A DNA stretch of 64,000 nucleotides from Octopus sinensis. Its lineage: Eukaryota. Shown here piece by piece: positions 41,723-53,378 of this stretch (position 1 is its first letter; every line of letters starts with the position of its first letter). The stretch lies in contig NC_043005.1 of NCBI RefSeq assembly GCF_006345805.1, positions 28,706,001-28,770,000 of the forward strand, written 5' to 3'. Position numbers and translations under genes: made by a program. The notes beneath the pieces were generated by a model. The model worked only from the letters and a program-made list of their open reading frames with translations, made no database searches and was not told the DNA's origin.

Positions 41723-42099
41723 GAATTAAGTAGGTATTAATAAAGTCAGTGCCAATTAATGGCAAGTGATACAATATTCTTTGGTGATGAGGCACATATT
41801 CTGTGCTGCACTCCATTGGGTCTTACAGATGTATCTTTAAGGTACTCATAAATGCAGACATAAATATTGACATACACTCATACGTACTCACATGGACATA
41901 ATCACACAGTCCAGCATATATTGCTATATGTTTACATAGTCATGTTAACATGCATCTATTGTTGCATCTTTGTGGGTTTGTATGCACACACATACACTTA
42001 AACACATTTTTGTACATAGTTTCTTCCACATCTTTATAAGTGTATAAATAGGCACATAGATGTATATACTTATGTGAAAATAGATGTATATACTTGTGT

Positions 42100-42270
42100 G
42101 AAAATGAGATACATCTTGAAATCACCTGAGGAGACACATCTACAGCAAGGGATACACCTAAACCAATTGCGCAGTATCCTACCCTGTGGGGGATCAGTGG
42201 TAGATGGGTTGAGATGATTGTAGTAATCAATAAAGATTCTTGTATCTCCCATCATCTGTCTCTCTCATTA
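42100..42270 (+). mobile_element. HHR-family-C pLTR-like repeat (plus copy)
   Basis: atcac CTGAGGA gacacatctac...gtagatgggtt GAGA tgattgta gtaat caataaag (42121-42227). Confidence 0.65.
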
Positions 42271-42415
42271 ATCACATACCCAACGAACACTAAGCCAATG
42301 AATGTGTTTTACCGACAAACTACCAGGTCTATACCATATGATTTATTAACTATATAGCTATTTACATATGTGTATATATAATTTTATGTGTGTGTGTGTG
42401 TGGTGTGTGTGTGTG

Positions 42416-42446
<31 letters not shown>

Positions 42447-42490
42447 ATATATATGTGTGTGTGGTGTGTGTGTGCATATATACTCATAGC

Positions 42491-42866
42491 ACTCCGTTGG
42501 TTATGACGACGAGGGTTCCAGTTGAGCCGATCGCCGGAACAGCCCACTCACTAAATTAACGTGCAAGTGGCTGAGCAATTCACAGACATGTATACCCTTA
42601 ACATAGTTCTTGGGGAGATTCGGCATGATACAGTGTGTGACAAAGCTGGCCCTTTGAAATACATGTACAGCAGAAACAGGAAGAAAGAATGAGAGAAAGG
42701 TGTGATGAAAGAGTACAGCAGGGTTCACCACCACTCCCTGCTGCAGCCTCATGGAGCATTGGGTATTTTCAATCAATAAACAGTCACAACGCCCAGTCTA
42801 GGAATTAAAACCATGATCCTACAACCACGAGTCCACTGCCCTAACTACTGGGCAATTGTGCCTCCA
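42491..42866 (-). mobile_element. tRNA-derived SINE, same family as 13111-13446
   Basis: Colinear similarity along its whole length. Confidence 0.85.
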
Positions 42867-43117
42867 TGTATGTGTATATATATATATATGTATATATGTT
42901 AGGAAGCTTCCTTCCCAAACTCATGGTTCCTGATTCAATCTCATTGCATGGCACCTTGGGCAAGTGTCTTCTAGAAAGCCTTGTAAATGAATTTGGTAGA
43001 ATGAGACTGAAAGAAGCCTGTCATATATATATATGTATATACATATATATTATATATGTATATACATATATATTATATATGTATATGTGCTTATATATAT
43101 ATATTATATATTTATAA

Positions 43118-43350
43118 TCATCATCGTTTAACGTCCGCTTTCCATGCTAGCATGGGTTGGACGATTTCGACTGAGGGCTGGCGAACCACATGGCTGCACC
43201 AGGCTCCAGTCTTGATTTGGCAGAGTTTCTACAGCTGGATACCCTTCCTAACGCCAACCACTCCAAGAGTGTAGTGGGTGCTTTTACGTGCCACCGGCAC
43301 AGGGGCCAGTCAGGCAGTACTGGTAACGACCTCGCTCGAATCCTTTTATA
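43118..43350 (-). mobile_element. RTE 3' end fragment
   Basis: catcatcgtttaacgtccgctttccatgctagcatgggttggacg... is the reverse complement of the RTE tail. Confidence 0.88.
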
Positions 43351-43644
43351 TATGCCATGCATATATATATATATTTATATTATATTATATTATATATATA
43401 TCATATTATATATATTATATATGCATATATATATGCATATATATATGTATATATTATATATAATATGTATATATATATTATATATATGCATATATATATA
43501 TATTATATATAATATGTATATATTATATGTATATGTATATATAATATGTATATATTATATGTATATGTATATATATATATGTATATGTATATATATATAT
43601 GTATATATTATATATATATATGTATATATTATATATGTATATAT

Positions 43645-43693
<49 letters not shown>

Positions 43694-44157
43694 GTATATA
43701 TATATATATGTATATATTATATATGTATATATTATATATATATATATATATTATATGTATATATTATATATGTATATGTAATATTATATATATATATATA
43801 TATGTATATTATATATGTATATGTATATTTATATATATATATATGTATATATTATATAATGTATATGTATATATATATATATTATATATATGTATATGTA
43901 TATATTATAATATATATATATTATATGTATGTATATATTATGTATTATATGTATATGTTATGTATATGTATATATTATGTATATATATATATATTATATG
44001 TATGTATATATTATGTATATATATGTATATGTTATGTATATGTATATATTATGTATATATATGTATATATTATGTATATGTATATATTATGTATATATAT
44101 GTATATGTATATATTATGTATATGTATATATTATGTATATATATGTATATATATATA
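43350..44157. repeat. ~800-bp degenerate (TA)n/TATG/TATTA satellite
   Basis: Directly visible. It is the source of the spurious 331-aa and 246-aa Y/I ORFs. Confidence 0.95.
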
Positions 44158-44184
44158 CGAGAAAGAAGCAACAAGAATGGATTA

Positions 44185-44278
44185 GTTTTTAGTACAATTG
44201 TTTCATACAAAGACAGGCTTTATTACAAGTTGCAAAAATTGCAGCAGATAAAAGTGTCCCGTACTCATCAGCTAAAAT
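44185..44278 (-). ncRNA. Type I hammerhead ribozyme (family D) at PLE 3' end
   Basis: ttttag CTGATGA gtacgggaca...tgtctttgtat GAAA caattg TA ctaaaa. 6-bp stem I, long stem II, palindromic stem III (ACAATTGT), GUA cleavage triplet. Confidence 0.88.
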
Positions 44279-45589
44279 ACATTTGAGTTCTCTAGACATC
44301 TTAGTGGGTGAGGTTATACTCATGAAATATTGGAGATAGTTCCATTAGAGGCAGATATAGGTTGTAAACAGTTTTCCAAAGTCCTTAATGATGATGCACA
44401 GTCTTATCACAGATTTTTAAAAACTTATTAGTTTCGAAGAGAGATGAATCAATCCATAGTGTAGATTTAAATTTCCAGAGATATGAGGAGGAGGATGCAC
44501 AGACTTATCACAGGTTTTAAAGACTTATTAGCTTCACAGAAAAGGTGAATTAATCCATAGTGAAGATTTACATTTCCAGTGGTAAGATGAGGAATTTCAT
44601 ACTCACAGACGATGTATTTAACCATTATTAATCCACAATCATTTCATGCTATATGATAAGGTAATTTGCCATGTTATTGCTCTCTGTGCAAAACTGCTAT
44701 GTTGAGATTTCTAAAGGCTGAAGGAATTTATTTGTGGGGCAAAGAAAAGAAAATAAAAGAAAAAGGAAAGAGACAAGGAAAAAAGAAAAAGAAAAGGGAG
44801 AAGAAGAAGAAAGAAGGAAAAGAAAAAGAAAAAGAAAAAGAAAAAAGAAAGAGAAACGGGGGAGAAGGATAGAAAAGAAAAAGAAAGAGAAAAAGAAAAA
44901 GGAAAAGAAAAAGTGGAATAGGGAGAAAAGAAAAGGCGCCTATATAGAGTATACTGCGACAACTTAGCGGGAGGGGGTTTTTAAAGTGACCAAATACAGA
45001 AGAATTTGTAGATAACTTAGTTAGCTTGAGTCTTTAAGAATTCAGGAACTATGAAAAAAATTATTTTTTTGACCAGTACACAGCTATTTACTATCAACCT
45101 GACACGGATGAAAGCAGATATGAATCTAAAGAGAATTTAAAGAGATAAACAAGGTCAGGGGTAGAGGGGTCAAAAGCTATCGTCAGAAGGAAATACAATA
45201 AGAGAAAGGATCTAAGTGCAACCTTAACCAGAGGTCATTTAAATTATTTATTTATTCATGTTACTGTCTTAAAAATTGTAGCCGTTACTATCAATACATT
45301 AATGGACTACCGGTCAAAAGCTAGAATTTAATTAACAAGGTGTGATGGAATTGTCTATTTTATTGAAATTTATCATACTACTTTCAAGGGAGTTTCTTCA
45401 CTTAATTAATTCTGTAATAGAATTGTTAAGCCTTAGTAACTTAATTTATTAAAGTAGTGTTACCTAAACTAGATTAAGTTCCAAAATTAAAAATTTAAAA
45501 TTAAGATTTAAGAATTAAATAAACACTAAAAATTAAGATTTTGGTTATATTTATCTACCTATCTTGTTACGATTATTCTATCCAGTTAT

Positions 45590-47295
45590 TCACTTAAAAT
45601 ATTTTAGGGTCTTCAATTTAGCGTGGACACAAACTTGTCCTACTTCAATATGGTTATTTAACAAGTTTCTATTTTTTCTATGCCTTAGAATTTCATAGGT
45701 CTCCATTGAGCAGAGTTGGCAACCAACCCTGCTATTTTTATACGGTATTGCTCTCCTAACTATTTCCCAATTAAGATTATAATTCTTGTTATTATTTTTG
45801 AGTTCCCAGATTTTACTTGAAAGTGTGGTGGTACCAGCTTTATGACGTAATCCAAAAGATGAGATGTGATTTCTAACCCTTTTATTAAATTTATTGTGCA
45901 CCCAATGTAAAAAAATTTGTTATTCTCAGTAGATATGGTACATTTATAGATTACGTTATTTTCCCTGCAAAGGCCGGGTGCCGGGCATCTTGACTTAATT
46001 CTACACTTACACGCAGGAGGAACAACTTCAGAAGTTGGATTATTCATGGGTAGATGTCTTATGTTCTTATTATTATGATTATCATGAGTATAATTATCCT
46101 TATTATTATTATTATTTTTATAGTTTGTGCTGTTATCTAAAATATTGTTATTATTTATTGATCCTATTGCTCCATCTTTTAGGTCTAAAGTCCTACCATG
46201 ATTATTTACATTATTAGTAATGTTACTATTATTGTTAGTATTATTATCAAACTGTATATTGCTGCTATAGATGTCACTGATATTTTCCTTCTCCGCGTTT
46301 TCTCTATTAGCCTTACTTCTATTATTAACATTTTTACTTCTATTAGTATCGGTATTATTACTACTCTTGTTACTGCTAATATTATTATTAGTCGTTTTGT
46401 GGTTACTGATTCCATCCGTGTTTTGATAGTTACTATTGTTGTTAGTATTGCTATAATTGTTATTGGTATTCATGTTGTTATTATTATTTTTATTTTCATC
46501 TTTCCTGGCTAGTTTAATGTTGTTATTATTAATCTTAGCTATTAAAGTGGACATATTTGGGAGGGTTGAATAAGAAATTCTAACTGTTTTCTTAGAAATA
46601 ATTCTATGATATTTATGAGAGATTGGGAAATTTTTTTCTAGAATTACTTTGAATTTGCTCCGTATATCCGATTGAATCGCACAGTTGAAAGGAATATTCA
46701 GCCATATTATATCTTTTTTATTTTTATTTCTATTAAATTTCTTTGAATTAGAATCAGGGTTCGTAGAATTATTATTATTATTCATCTTATCAAAGTCATT
46801 GTACTTACTACTATAATTTGCGTGCATCTTTGATTTATCTAATTCCATTTTATCCGAATTACCTGTGCTTTGGTTTTTACTTCTATTTGAATTATTGGGC
46901 TTGTACGCTAGATTTGCGGTTACTGTGAATCTATTTCTACTTCTATTTCGGGCCTGGTCTATATTGCTGCTTATGTGATTAATGATAACTTCTTTGTTAG
47001 GAATATGTAAGTTCCCCTTATCTATGAATGTAATTTTTTGGTTGTATCCTGCCTTAGTTAACGCTGTATTATAATGCTCAGAATGGGAGTTAAATATATC
47101 CTTATTTGAAGATAATTTTGAAATTCTTAATGAAATATTTCTGGCTAAAGATTCAATTATATTTGGTGGATGGTTGGATAATTTATTTACGTATCTCGTG
47201 ATTTCGCCTTCTTTTCTAAATGGGTAATGCAGCTTGGAGTTAAGGTCTAACGTAATATCTAGGAAATTAACTATTTTAGTGCCAGGTTCATACAT
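45590..47295 (-). CDS. PLE polyprotein fragment: RT domain 7/thumb, Asn-rich linker and GIY-YIG endonuclease (one frameshift near 45900)
   Basis: VNFLDITLDL..PFRK..YVNKLSNHP (PLE RT), IIWLNIPFN and ISYSTLPN, CKCRIKSRCPAPGLC, NVIYKCTI..FYIGCT / KRVRNHISSF..TTLSSKIWELK..WEIV..CQLCSME..LLN..CVH. Confidence 0.9.
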
Positions 47296-47335
47296 TAATT
47301 GCTTTGATTGTATATATATATATGTATATATTATG

Positions 47336-47366
<31 letters not shown>

Positions 47367-47420
47367 GTATATATATGTATGTATATATATGTGTGTGTTA
47401 TATATATATATATATATGCA

Positions 47421-47815
47421 TTTTTTTTTCTCTAGTTTCTGCTCAGAGCAGTGGCCATGCTGATGCACCGCCGTTTTGTTACACTGTTATTATTAAGAGC
47501 CTCCTCTAAAATGTGGCACTTGGTGAAGCATAGAGTTTAATATAGCTACCCTCATTTGCACCTCCTGTAATGAGGTAGGTTCATCTGGGTTTCTCGACAG
47601 GGAGAGGTGCAGGTTAAAAACCCCTACATCTACTTTGTGCAAGTTCCTCAGACTCTTTGGGAGAATATTAAAAAGCTGTAGGCCTTTGAAACCCAGGCTG
47701 TTGCAGTAACTTGTCCTGAAGTGTGATGGCATTGCTGAGACCTTTGGCACTATGCAGTGTTGTCCTGTTCTGGCATTGGTGTAGCTTTCAATGCCAAATT
47801 TTTGCCCAATTCCTT
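47421..47815 (-). mobile_element. 3' end of a CR1/L2-group LINE
   Basis: NSLGFKGLQLFNILPKSLRNL..VGVF..LS..PDEP C-terminal motif, short 3' UTR and A-rich tail. Confidence 0.8.
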
Positions 47816-47817
47816 CC

Positions 47818-48948
47818 TGGCTAACTGGGAAGATAGTTTTTCTATGTGGCTGATGCTCAGGAGCAATAAACACTGAAAATGCTCAGAGACCAACTTCTGC
47901 CACATTCCTGGGAGAAAAACTAGAAATTGTTGATAGCTTCCGTTAACTTTGTGACCAAGTCAGTAGCGGGGGTGGGTGTGCTGAAAGTGTAACTGTTAGA
48001 GTAAGAATAGCCTGGGCAAAGTTTAGAGAGCTCTTACCTCTGCTGGTGCCTCTCGCTCAGAATAAAAGGCAGACTGTATGACGCATGTGTATGAACAGCC
48101 ATACTACATGGCAGTGAAACATGGGCCATGACTGCTGAGGATATGCATAAGCTTGCAAGAAATGAAGCCAATATGCTCCGATGGATGTGTAATGTCAGTG
48201 TTCATACTCGACAGAGTGTAAGTACCTTGAGAGAAAAGTTGGACCTAAGAAGCATCAGTTGTGGTGTGCAAGAGAGACGTTTGCGCTGGTATGGTCATGG
48301 GGCGAGAATGGATGAAGATAGTTGTGTGAAAAAGTGCCTCACCCTAGTGATTGAGGAAACCTGTGGAAGAGGTGGTGAAGTACGACCTTCGAACTTTAGG
48401 TCTCACCAAGGAAATGACCAGAGACCGAGACCTTTGGAAGTATGCTGTGCGTGGGAAGACCCGGCAGGACAAGTGAGACCATAACCCGTGACCTCTACCT
48501 GGGACGTAGCCAGCCCACTTATGCATACCTTTCCTTCTTGTGACACAAACCCTACTTGTGAAGACCTGTTGAGGCAAGTGAAAATCAAAATCAATCAACA
48601 TCAATGGAAATTGTAGCTGTGATACTAGTGCCGGTGGCATGTATGAGAACCATCTAAACGTGGCCGTTGCCAGCGCCGCCCCGTCTGGCGCCCGTGCCAG
48701 TGGCACGTAAAAAGCACCATCCAATCGTGTCCATTTGCCAGCCTCGTCTGGCACCTGTGCAGGTGGCACGTAAAAAGCACCCACTACACTCACGGAGTGG
48801 TTGGCGTTAGGAAGGGCATCCAGCCGTAGAAACACTGCCAAATCAAACTGGGCCTGACGCAGCCTTCTGGCTTCCCAGACCCCAGTTGAACCGTCCAACC
48901 CATGCTAGCATGGAAAACGGACGTTAAACGATGATGATGATGATGATG
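47818..48948 (+). mobile_element. 5'-truncated RTE LINE copy
   Basis: GEKLEIVDSF, LHGSETWA, LRWMC, RRLRWYGH, the 3' UTR repeats and a (GAT)n tail. Confidence 0.92.
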
Positions 48949-49730
48949 CGTGTGTGTATGTGTTTGTGTGTGTGTGTAGATGTGTGTAGGTACATATATA
49001 TATGTGTATATATATATATGTATATATATATATATTTGTTCATGTATGTAGATAGATAAGTGTGTATATGATTGTATGTAAGTATATATAATCACCCAGT
49101 CCTATAAATAAATGTGCATATATGCCAGCTGTTGCACAGAAATTGCCTTTGATAATGCTATAATGAAATGTAGAAAATTTCAATTTTGTTTCTAGTATTG
49201 GAAACAGTGATTGTAAAAGGAGATGAAAGTAACAAAATAACTAGTAGTTACTTTCAGTGTTAGATATGGTGTCATACTTTAATGTATTTTACTAACTAAA
49301 CTGGAAATATAATTATTTACATATTTTCACCATTAGTTATAATTCATCAATAAATCCTGTGGTTTTTGAACTGTTTAAAAACAGCTGCAGCTGGTTTTGG
49401 TTTATATTATACACTTCTATAATGTTTACCTTTGATTCTCGTTGAAAATCTCCAATTTCTCATTAAGATTGAAAGCCTTAACTCGTTTTGTTTTTGACAC
49501 AAGTGTTCAATGTTATTTATAGTAGTTTTCTTGGGGGAAGATACTTTTTATTATATAGTCAATGGAAGAGTGCCAGCTCTCATGACCTTTGTATTTTATT
49601 CCCACTTTGAAAGATGTTTGCTACATACAAAATCTAGGCTTTTTTAGCACCATACAATGAATTCTTTTAATTTCAAGTTCCAGAGTAATTGTCACTAGTA
49701 TCAGAAACCTGCCATATATCAGTTACCTGA

Positions 49731-49769
<39 letters not shown>

Positions 49770-52700
49770 CTTTTATCATATCTTCTCACGGGAAAATTTA
49801 TTGCTATGTATAATTTCAGAAAACATACCCAGCTTCTGCTAATTTCTAATGGTATTTTATTTGAAATATTTGTTATCTTCATTATCACCACTTCTATTTC
49901 ATTAGACTAATAAAACAAACATAATATATTTAAACAGTATTTTTATGGAATGTCCATGACTTATCCAAATGCAATCTCCAATTTAGAATTGACATGGCTA
50001 ATATCTCTAGAGTAACTTTTAGGCAACAATATAAAGCTGTACTTCATTTCATGATGTTAGAATGTTACTTTTCAACATTTATATTCTTCTGTTTTCATCA
50101 AATCAAATTTGATGTTAAATGGAAGATCTAGGGAGATTTGTTAAGATCTAGGAAGACTTAGTTTTCTAAGCAAGTTCAATCAGATCACAGAGTGATATTC
50201 AGCTAAATGTTTTCTACCAGTTTGCACATAGCAGCCATTCTAAATCAATCTTCTGTCAACACTTTTATTACCACGCTTCTGTTGAAATAAACCACTTTCC
50301 TGTCAGTTAATTTTTTAAATAATGAACAATGCAGTAAAATTTCCACATCATCAAACTGACAATTGGAACATAAATTAACGTGAAATTTGTACAGTAAGTC
50401 TTCAGATGACTTTAAACCAAGAACTCTGTACCATAAAAATGAAGGTAGTTTTAGGTGGTCTTGTATCAAAAGGGTTAAACTGCAGCTTAGTTAATTTGCT
50501 GCAAGACCCTAAGAATGCACAAATCACAATTTACATTATGAAATCATTGAAAACTATTTTTATTATATATTTTCAATTCTTTCAAGAAAATTTTTCAAAC
50601 TCTGTTATTAACAGAAATATCATAGTTTATAATATGATCACACAACTATAATGTAAATCAGAAAACTTATATGAAGAGAAGTTAGCCATCTGCTGTTTTC
50701 TGTCATTTAAAATAATAATGAAATTATTGTATACAATGCTCAGGTGCACTGTTTTGGTCAACTACTGTTGTGTGGTACAAATGGTATTAGTACTAGAGTA
50801 CTTGGTCTTCCAAGTCTAACCCCCACCCCCACCAGGCTAGATAAGTAAATATCAATCCATTAAATCATTTATACTCTTCTACAAAATACTGGCTTTGTGC
50901 CAAAGCTAGAAATTATTACTAAATTTAGGCAAATATATTTAAATTGATATAATGTTGACTTAAAGCTTGAAATGTTATATATTTTTCTGATGTATGGTTG
51001 ATATACTTTGAAATATCTTTCTTTAGATGTCAGTTCTTGCTGTTACCATTTCAAAAATGTTTCAGTGGAATTGTTTATTAGTTTCCAGAAAAATTTCAAA
51101 AAAGTTTTTTTTTTTTTTGTTCTAGTAACAAAATGATATGTTATTAGTTGGCAATAGGTTGCCTTCATATCAAACCCAAACTAAGCGTCAGACTAATGAA
51201 ATCAACCATTCTTTTTTAAACATAGAACTCAGTATTTTGTGCATTTTATTTCTAAAGGCTCCATCAGATGTCAAAATATTTCTGTCCTTGAAATCACTGC
51301 TCACTTTTCTTTATCTTCATTATAGTTGTCTTATTACTTGTTTGGCATTCCTCATTTTCCTTAATTTATTGTTTGCCATCAGCTCTTTCAACCAAAGATT
51401 ATGGCTCTGCTCACTTTGAAAGAAGTTTCACATTTATGTTACACCATTGACTTGTGTGTTTGTTACAACATGTAACTGAAAACAGTGAAACAGCAGTTGT
51501 GTGTGTATGTGTATTAAAGTTTGTTTCTTTGTATAAGGGTAGTGGTGGGGGTTTGTTAAAATATAGGAGGCAAATCCAGTGCCATTCATTCTTAGAAGGA
51601 CGGTATAGAGTATTGTACAGTGAATGGAAAGGAGAGTTAGTAATGGAGATATTAATCTTTTCTTTTCTACCTTAGGTACAAGGCCTGAAATTTGGGGGGA
51701 GGGGGCCGGTTTATTAGATCAACCTCAGTACACAACTGGTATTTAATTTATCGACCCTGAAAGGATGAAAGGTAAAGTCGACTTTGGCAGAATTTGAACT
51801 CAGAACATAAAGACAGACGAAATACCATTAAGCATTTTGTTTGGCATACTAACAATTCCGCCAGCTCACTGCTTTGTGATGGAGATATTAATGCCAACAT
51901 GAATGGAAGAAACCACAGAACTTGATCAGAAGAGAGGAGTTCTGGTAGGACCCAGGTGAACTTGTGACAGTCCTCTATATCTGAAATAAAATTGGTGTAG
52001 TCACTCATGCTTCTCATACACTTCCAGATGTTTTCAACCAAATCATTTGCTATTTATTCTGTCAATCATCAACAAGTGTCAAACTTTCAAGATGTCACTT
52101 TCAAGATGCATGAGCAGGAAGACACAAATACATAAACACCTATGTGCATAAGTATGGTACATAAACATTCCATGTTCCAACATGCATGCATGATCCTCAT
52201 ACATTCACACATATAGATGTAGGAATGTATGTAGACAGATGAGCTGGCCATACATATGAATGTGTTTGCAGAGAACCTTATGTATGTAAAGAGGTGGCAA
52301 GTTTGTGCCTGGATTTCAATATGAGGTTGACTCCATTGTGCTAGTTATCAAGATGGACATCCCAGTTGATATTGCAGAAGGTAGCAAAAGGGGAAGGACA
52401 GCTGGGCAAATCAGCAGGAACAAAACAGGACTTATGTAAAGAGGGGTAGAATGGAGATGGAAGACAATTTATAAGGGTTAATTAATTAGTTTCATAACTA
52501 TCAAAGAAGCAAGTTGCAGATTGGAATATGAACTTAGCTTACATTCTTAATGATAATCAATAACAAAAATGCTAGCATTTGTATAGGAATACTCATTCAG
52601 TTTGTGAGCTACAAAGCAGTCCTATTTGTGCTGATGCCATGAAAAGGCACCCAGTAAACTCGATATGTGTTTGGTACAGTGAGCAGCAACAATGCAGGGC

Positions 52701-53071
52701 TTAAGAGACCTCTATAGCCTTTTTCAGGGTGAGATAGCCTCTATACTGTCAGTGCCCAGTACACTGTTATAGTGGCCGTTGTTAGGAAGGACACTCAGTC
52801 ATAGAAACCATTTCATAATGGAGACATTGGAGCAAGACATTTTCCTACAGTCCATCAGATCCTGTCAAATCATCCATGCTATATCAATATGAAAAATGGA
52901 CATTTGACGATGGTCCAGAGACATAAATACATACAAATAAAAATGGCAAGAAATTGACAGTTGTTAGAACAAAGGAAGACAGATTATGATATGAGCAAAA
53001 AGAAAACCTTTTGATTAAATGTTATCTGTAATTAAACAATTTGCTAAAGGATTTCTAGCACAAACTGAAAC

Positions 53072-53357
53072 TGTTCTGTATTTTTGAGATGAAGAATTCT
53101 TTAATATTATTTACATTTACATTGGACGGATTTGTGTCCTCATCTTGTTTGTTGTTACCACACCGTTTCGGCTGATTTACTCTCCAGCCTTCATCAGGTG
53201 TCCTTGTAGAATTTTGAACCCAACCCTGAGTTCTCATTCCTAAGGTATTTTGCTGATGTTATAATTATTATTATTATTTATTCAAGGTACTGCCTGGAAT
53301 TGAACTCGCAAACTTGGGGTTAGTAGCCCACGCTCTTAACCATTATGCTATATGCCC
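53072..53357 (-). mobile_element. tRNA-headed, hammerhead-containing non-coding element (family A), apparently complete unit
   Basis: Minus strand: GGGCATATAGCATAATGGTTAAGAGCG...GAGTTCAATTCC (A/B boxes, 53357-53286), then (AAT)n, then cac CTGATGA a ggctg..cagcc GAAAC (53202-53159). The 3' end is shared with 26885-26920. Confidence 0.8.
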
Positions 53358-53378
53358 ATGAGCAATTATAGAGTGATC

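Larger units (their letters stand above)
44158..47310 (-). mobile_element. 5'-truncated Penelope-like retroelement flanked on both sides by (TA)n
   Basis: RT C-terminus plus GIY-YIG ORF, a ~1.4-kb 3' region and a terminal hammerhead. Both ends abut TA arrays. Confidence 0.9.

Noticed and set aside
43190-44286. Long 331-aa and 246-aa ORFs, plus the many Y/I/H/T/C/V-rich ORFs elsewhere
   Set aside because: They are translations of (TA)n, (CA)n, (CT)n and (ATT)n microsatellites with no domain motifs or splice context.
44666-44967. Lys/Glu/Arg-rich ORFs
   Set aside because: They derive from a polypurine (GAAAA)n tract in the PLE 3' region.
49660-50400. Possible hAT transposase remnant (minus strand)
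   Set aside because: There is only faint resemblance to the dimerisation-domain motif, too degraded to call without a profile search.
53286-53357. tRNA gene (apparent ACT anticodon)
   Set aside because: The acceptor and T stems pair poorly and it is fused to a repeat body, so it is treated as a tRNA-derived head. The same applies to the SINE heads.
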